Under the pieces are notes generated by a model. The model saw only the letters and a list, made by a program, of their open reading frames with translations. It ran no database searches and was not told where the DNA came from. This document shows, one piece after another, positions 62,142 through 64,000 of a stretch of DNA of 64,000 bases; position 1 is the first letter of the stretch, and each line of letters starts with the position of its first letter. The DNA lies in NCBI GenBank assembly GCA_000004985.1, contig GG738854.1; one strand, 5' to 3'. A program made the position numbers and the translations under genes. The DNA is from Naegleria gruberi (lineage: Eukaryota).

Positions 62142-62921
62142 TCTTGATAATGATGATAACTTGTTTGATGATACTTTCAATTCTAATTTGTTAATTTTTG
62201 ATGATGATTCTTTCAAATTAACAATGATTGGTTCTTGCTGTTGTTCCGATGATAAAGATTGATTCTGCTTCTTATTCAAAATAAATGTACCAATGATGAT
62301 AAATAAAAGTATGATAAAAGCAACTGTTATGTGAAGTGTTTGTTTCTTGAATCGATTTGAGGCGCTGTATGCTTCAAAGAAATGTTTTTGAGTATGCTCT
62401 GTTTGTGGAGGCACTTTTTTTGAGTTTTTATTTGAAAAGTGTGTTTGTGTTCCTGCTTCTTTTTGTGACTTTCTGTTTTTAGGGTGAGGGAATTGATGGA
62501 TTTGGTAGCGTGCGCAATAATTGTACTGTTTGTGCGTACTATGAGTGGAAAAACTCAATGGATAGTGCTTGCTTAATCACAGCCGAATTATGCAACTGTA
62601 ATTAAGCTCCTCTTTGAAAATTAATCTCTAATTGGATATTATTATTCATCATCAATTTATTTAATTTTTTATTTAAATAAAAAACGGAAATGAAAATAAT
62701 GGAATGAAAATCTATTAAAAAATATGCTTAGGAAGATCATTCTAAAAAAAACAAAGACATTCTCCGCTGCTTCGTGTTTTAATCTTTCTCTCCAACAAAA
62801 GAAGATCTTTAAACAACAACAACATCAGCAACAGCCTCTTTTTGTACCATATTACATTCATCAACACTCACAACAATTTAGAGAATTTTCTTCTTCGACT
62901 TTAAAAAACAAAATAATCAAC

Positions 62922-64000
62922 ATGACTATTGCTCAAGTTCTTCAAGATGAAAAATTGAAACACTTTGTTTGCCCAGAGAAGGTTCCTGTTACTAGATTGG
63001 AATTGGATGAAGCTTGGAATGCTTTGGATGAACAACAAAAGTTGTATGCTCACTACTTTTCCAGAGCAGCTATTAGTGGAACAGGAATTGTTTTAGGGCA
63101 ATGTTCTGAAGAATCTCCATTGATTTACAAATTGTTGGTTTTGCTTTGTGATGATTTGGCATTATTGAAGGAAAAGACATTGAATGCTGGAGTGAGTGAA
63201 AAGGACTATGATTCCTTCTTGCAATATTCTGTCCAATTCTTTGGTAATTTGGGAAATTATGTGTCCTTTGGTGACAGTAAATTCGTTCCAAGATTGGAGG
63301 TTTCAGAATTTGAAAAGATTGTTAATTGTGTAAATAATGAACAAGCTGTTACCTTGTTCCAACAAGTTAAGGAACCATTGTATAGTTTGGATACTAATTT
63401 ATTGGAATTATCCTTTGGTAACTCTTCATATTATAATAGAGAAGTCACTTCTCATGATGCTGAAAGAGTCAAGTCATTCATGGAATCCAACTCAATTGCT
63501 GCTGAAAATACTAGACTTTTCAAGACTGGAGAAAATCAATTCGAACTCAAGATTGCAAGTGCTAGTCCAAAGGCTTCCACCACTCACACCCATGAAGATT
63601 TGACCATTACCACTACTTATGGTGATTTCAGTAAGGAATTGGCTGGTGTTCGTGACAATTTGGAGAGAGCTCTTCCATATTCCGCAAACGAATTCCAAAA
63701 GAACATGTTAATCAAATATCGTCAACACTTTGATGGAGGTGATTTCAAAGATTTCTGTGACTCTCAAATTCAATGGGTTCAAGATAAGGGGCCTATTATT
63801 GAAACCAACATTGGTTTCATAGAGACCTACCGTGATGTTTTAAGAGTCAGAGCAGAATTTGAAGGATTTGTTGCTGTTGTCAATCGTATTGCTAGTATGA
63901 AAGCCCAAGCTGTCGTTGAGGATGCTGAAAAATTCATTTCTCGTTTGCCATGGAATACTGACAAGACTAATGGAGACAAGAAGCCATTCGAAGTTGAAAC
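62922..64000 (+). CDS. DPP3: Dipeptidyl peptidase III (M49 family), 5' part; continues beyond the window end
   Basis: Reading from ATG 62922 is open to position 64000. MTIAQVL..QKLYAHYFSRAAISGTG..FGNLGNYVSFGDSKFVPRL..WVQDKGPIIETNIGFIETYRDVLRVRAEFEGFVAVVNRIASMKAQAVVEDAEKFISRLPW aligns block-by-block with DPP3. Not in the ORF track because there is no stop within the window. Confidence 0.85.
   Translation, partial: MTIAQVLQDEKLKHFVCPEKVPVTRLELDEAWNALDEQQKLYAHYFSRAAISGTGIVLGQCSEESPLIYKLLVLLCDDLALLKEKTLNAGVSEKDYDSFLQYSVQFFGNLGNYVSFGDSKFVPRLEVSEFEKIVNCVNNEQAVTLFQQVKEPLYSLDTNLLELSFGNSSYYNREVTSHDAERVKSFMESNSIAAENTRLFKTGENQFELKIASASPKASTTHTHEDLTITTTYGDFSKELAGVRDNLERALPYSANEFQKNMLIKYRQHFDGGDFKDFCDSQIQWVQDKGPIIETNIGFIETYRDVLRVRAEFEGFVAVVNRIASMKAQAVVEDAEKFISRLPWNTDKTNGDKKPFEVE

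Noticed and set aside
62142-62558. 139-codon upstream extension of the pirin ORF including a TM-like segment
   Set aside because: Contains no ATG (the track start is TTG). Pirin homologs begin near the MSSSSASF start. Kept only as a low-interest note.
63073-63698. Minus-strand ORFs 63073..63291 and 63492..63698, and plus ORF 63337..63603
   Set aside because: They lie inside or out of frame with the continuous DPP3 reading frame (62922 onward), which has strong homology. Spurious.

Overview
This window is eukaryotic nuclear DNA: AT-rich (about 70% AT), very compact, with roughly one gene per 1.4 kb on both strands. It carries about 45 protein-coding genes and four tRNA genes, with spliceosomal introns (GT..AG) and A-rich AAAAATG start contexts. 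I see no prokaryotic operons, no CRISPR array, no rRNA and no clear transposon.

Genes I recognise with confidence:
- a 3-exon mitochondrial-type glutamate dehydrogenase
- a 4-unit polyubiquitin gene
- a PTGR/zinc-type NADP oxidoreductase
- pirin
- DPP3 (cut by the window end)
- HIRA
- RRS1
- a DAGK-type lipid kinase
- a metallophosphoesterase
- a P4H-like 2OG oxygenase
- a PqaA-like secreted hydrolase
- a DUF4116 repeat protein
- U-box/ankyrin, RCC1-BTB, NHL-BTB and F-box/LRR proteins
- a giant NHL-repeat surface protein
- a 7-TM glycoprotein

The points I rate as most worth a second look:
1. A divergently transcribed pair of small ENaC/degenerin-like channel genes with the FPAVTICNWN hallmark.
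2. An F-box-like family with an unusual polycysteine C-terminal tail.
3. A tandem triplet of F-box-like paralogs whose first member is frameshifted.
4. A tandem P-loop GTPase pair whose second copy has lost its P-loop.
5. A class of ultra-short introns of 38-44 nt alongside 70-194 nt introns.
6. An ORF with an eS30-like N-terminus.
7. A truncated tRNA-Ala 5' half next to an intact tRNA-Ala.
8. Several GC-rich or palindromic elements in divergent promoters.
9. Heavy enrichment for ubiquitin-system genes across the window.

Every coordinate that depends on a splice site was derived by hand and is approximate to within a few nucleotides.
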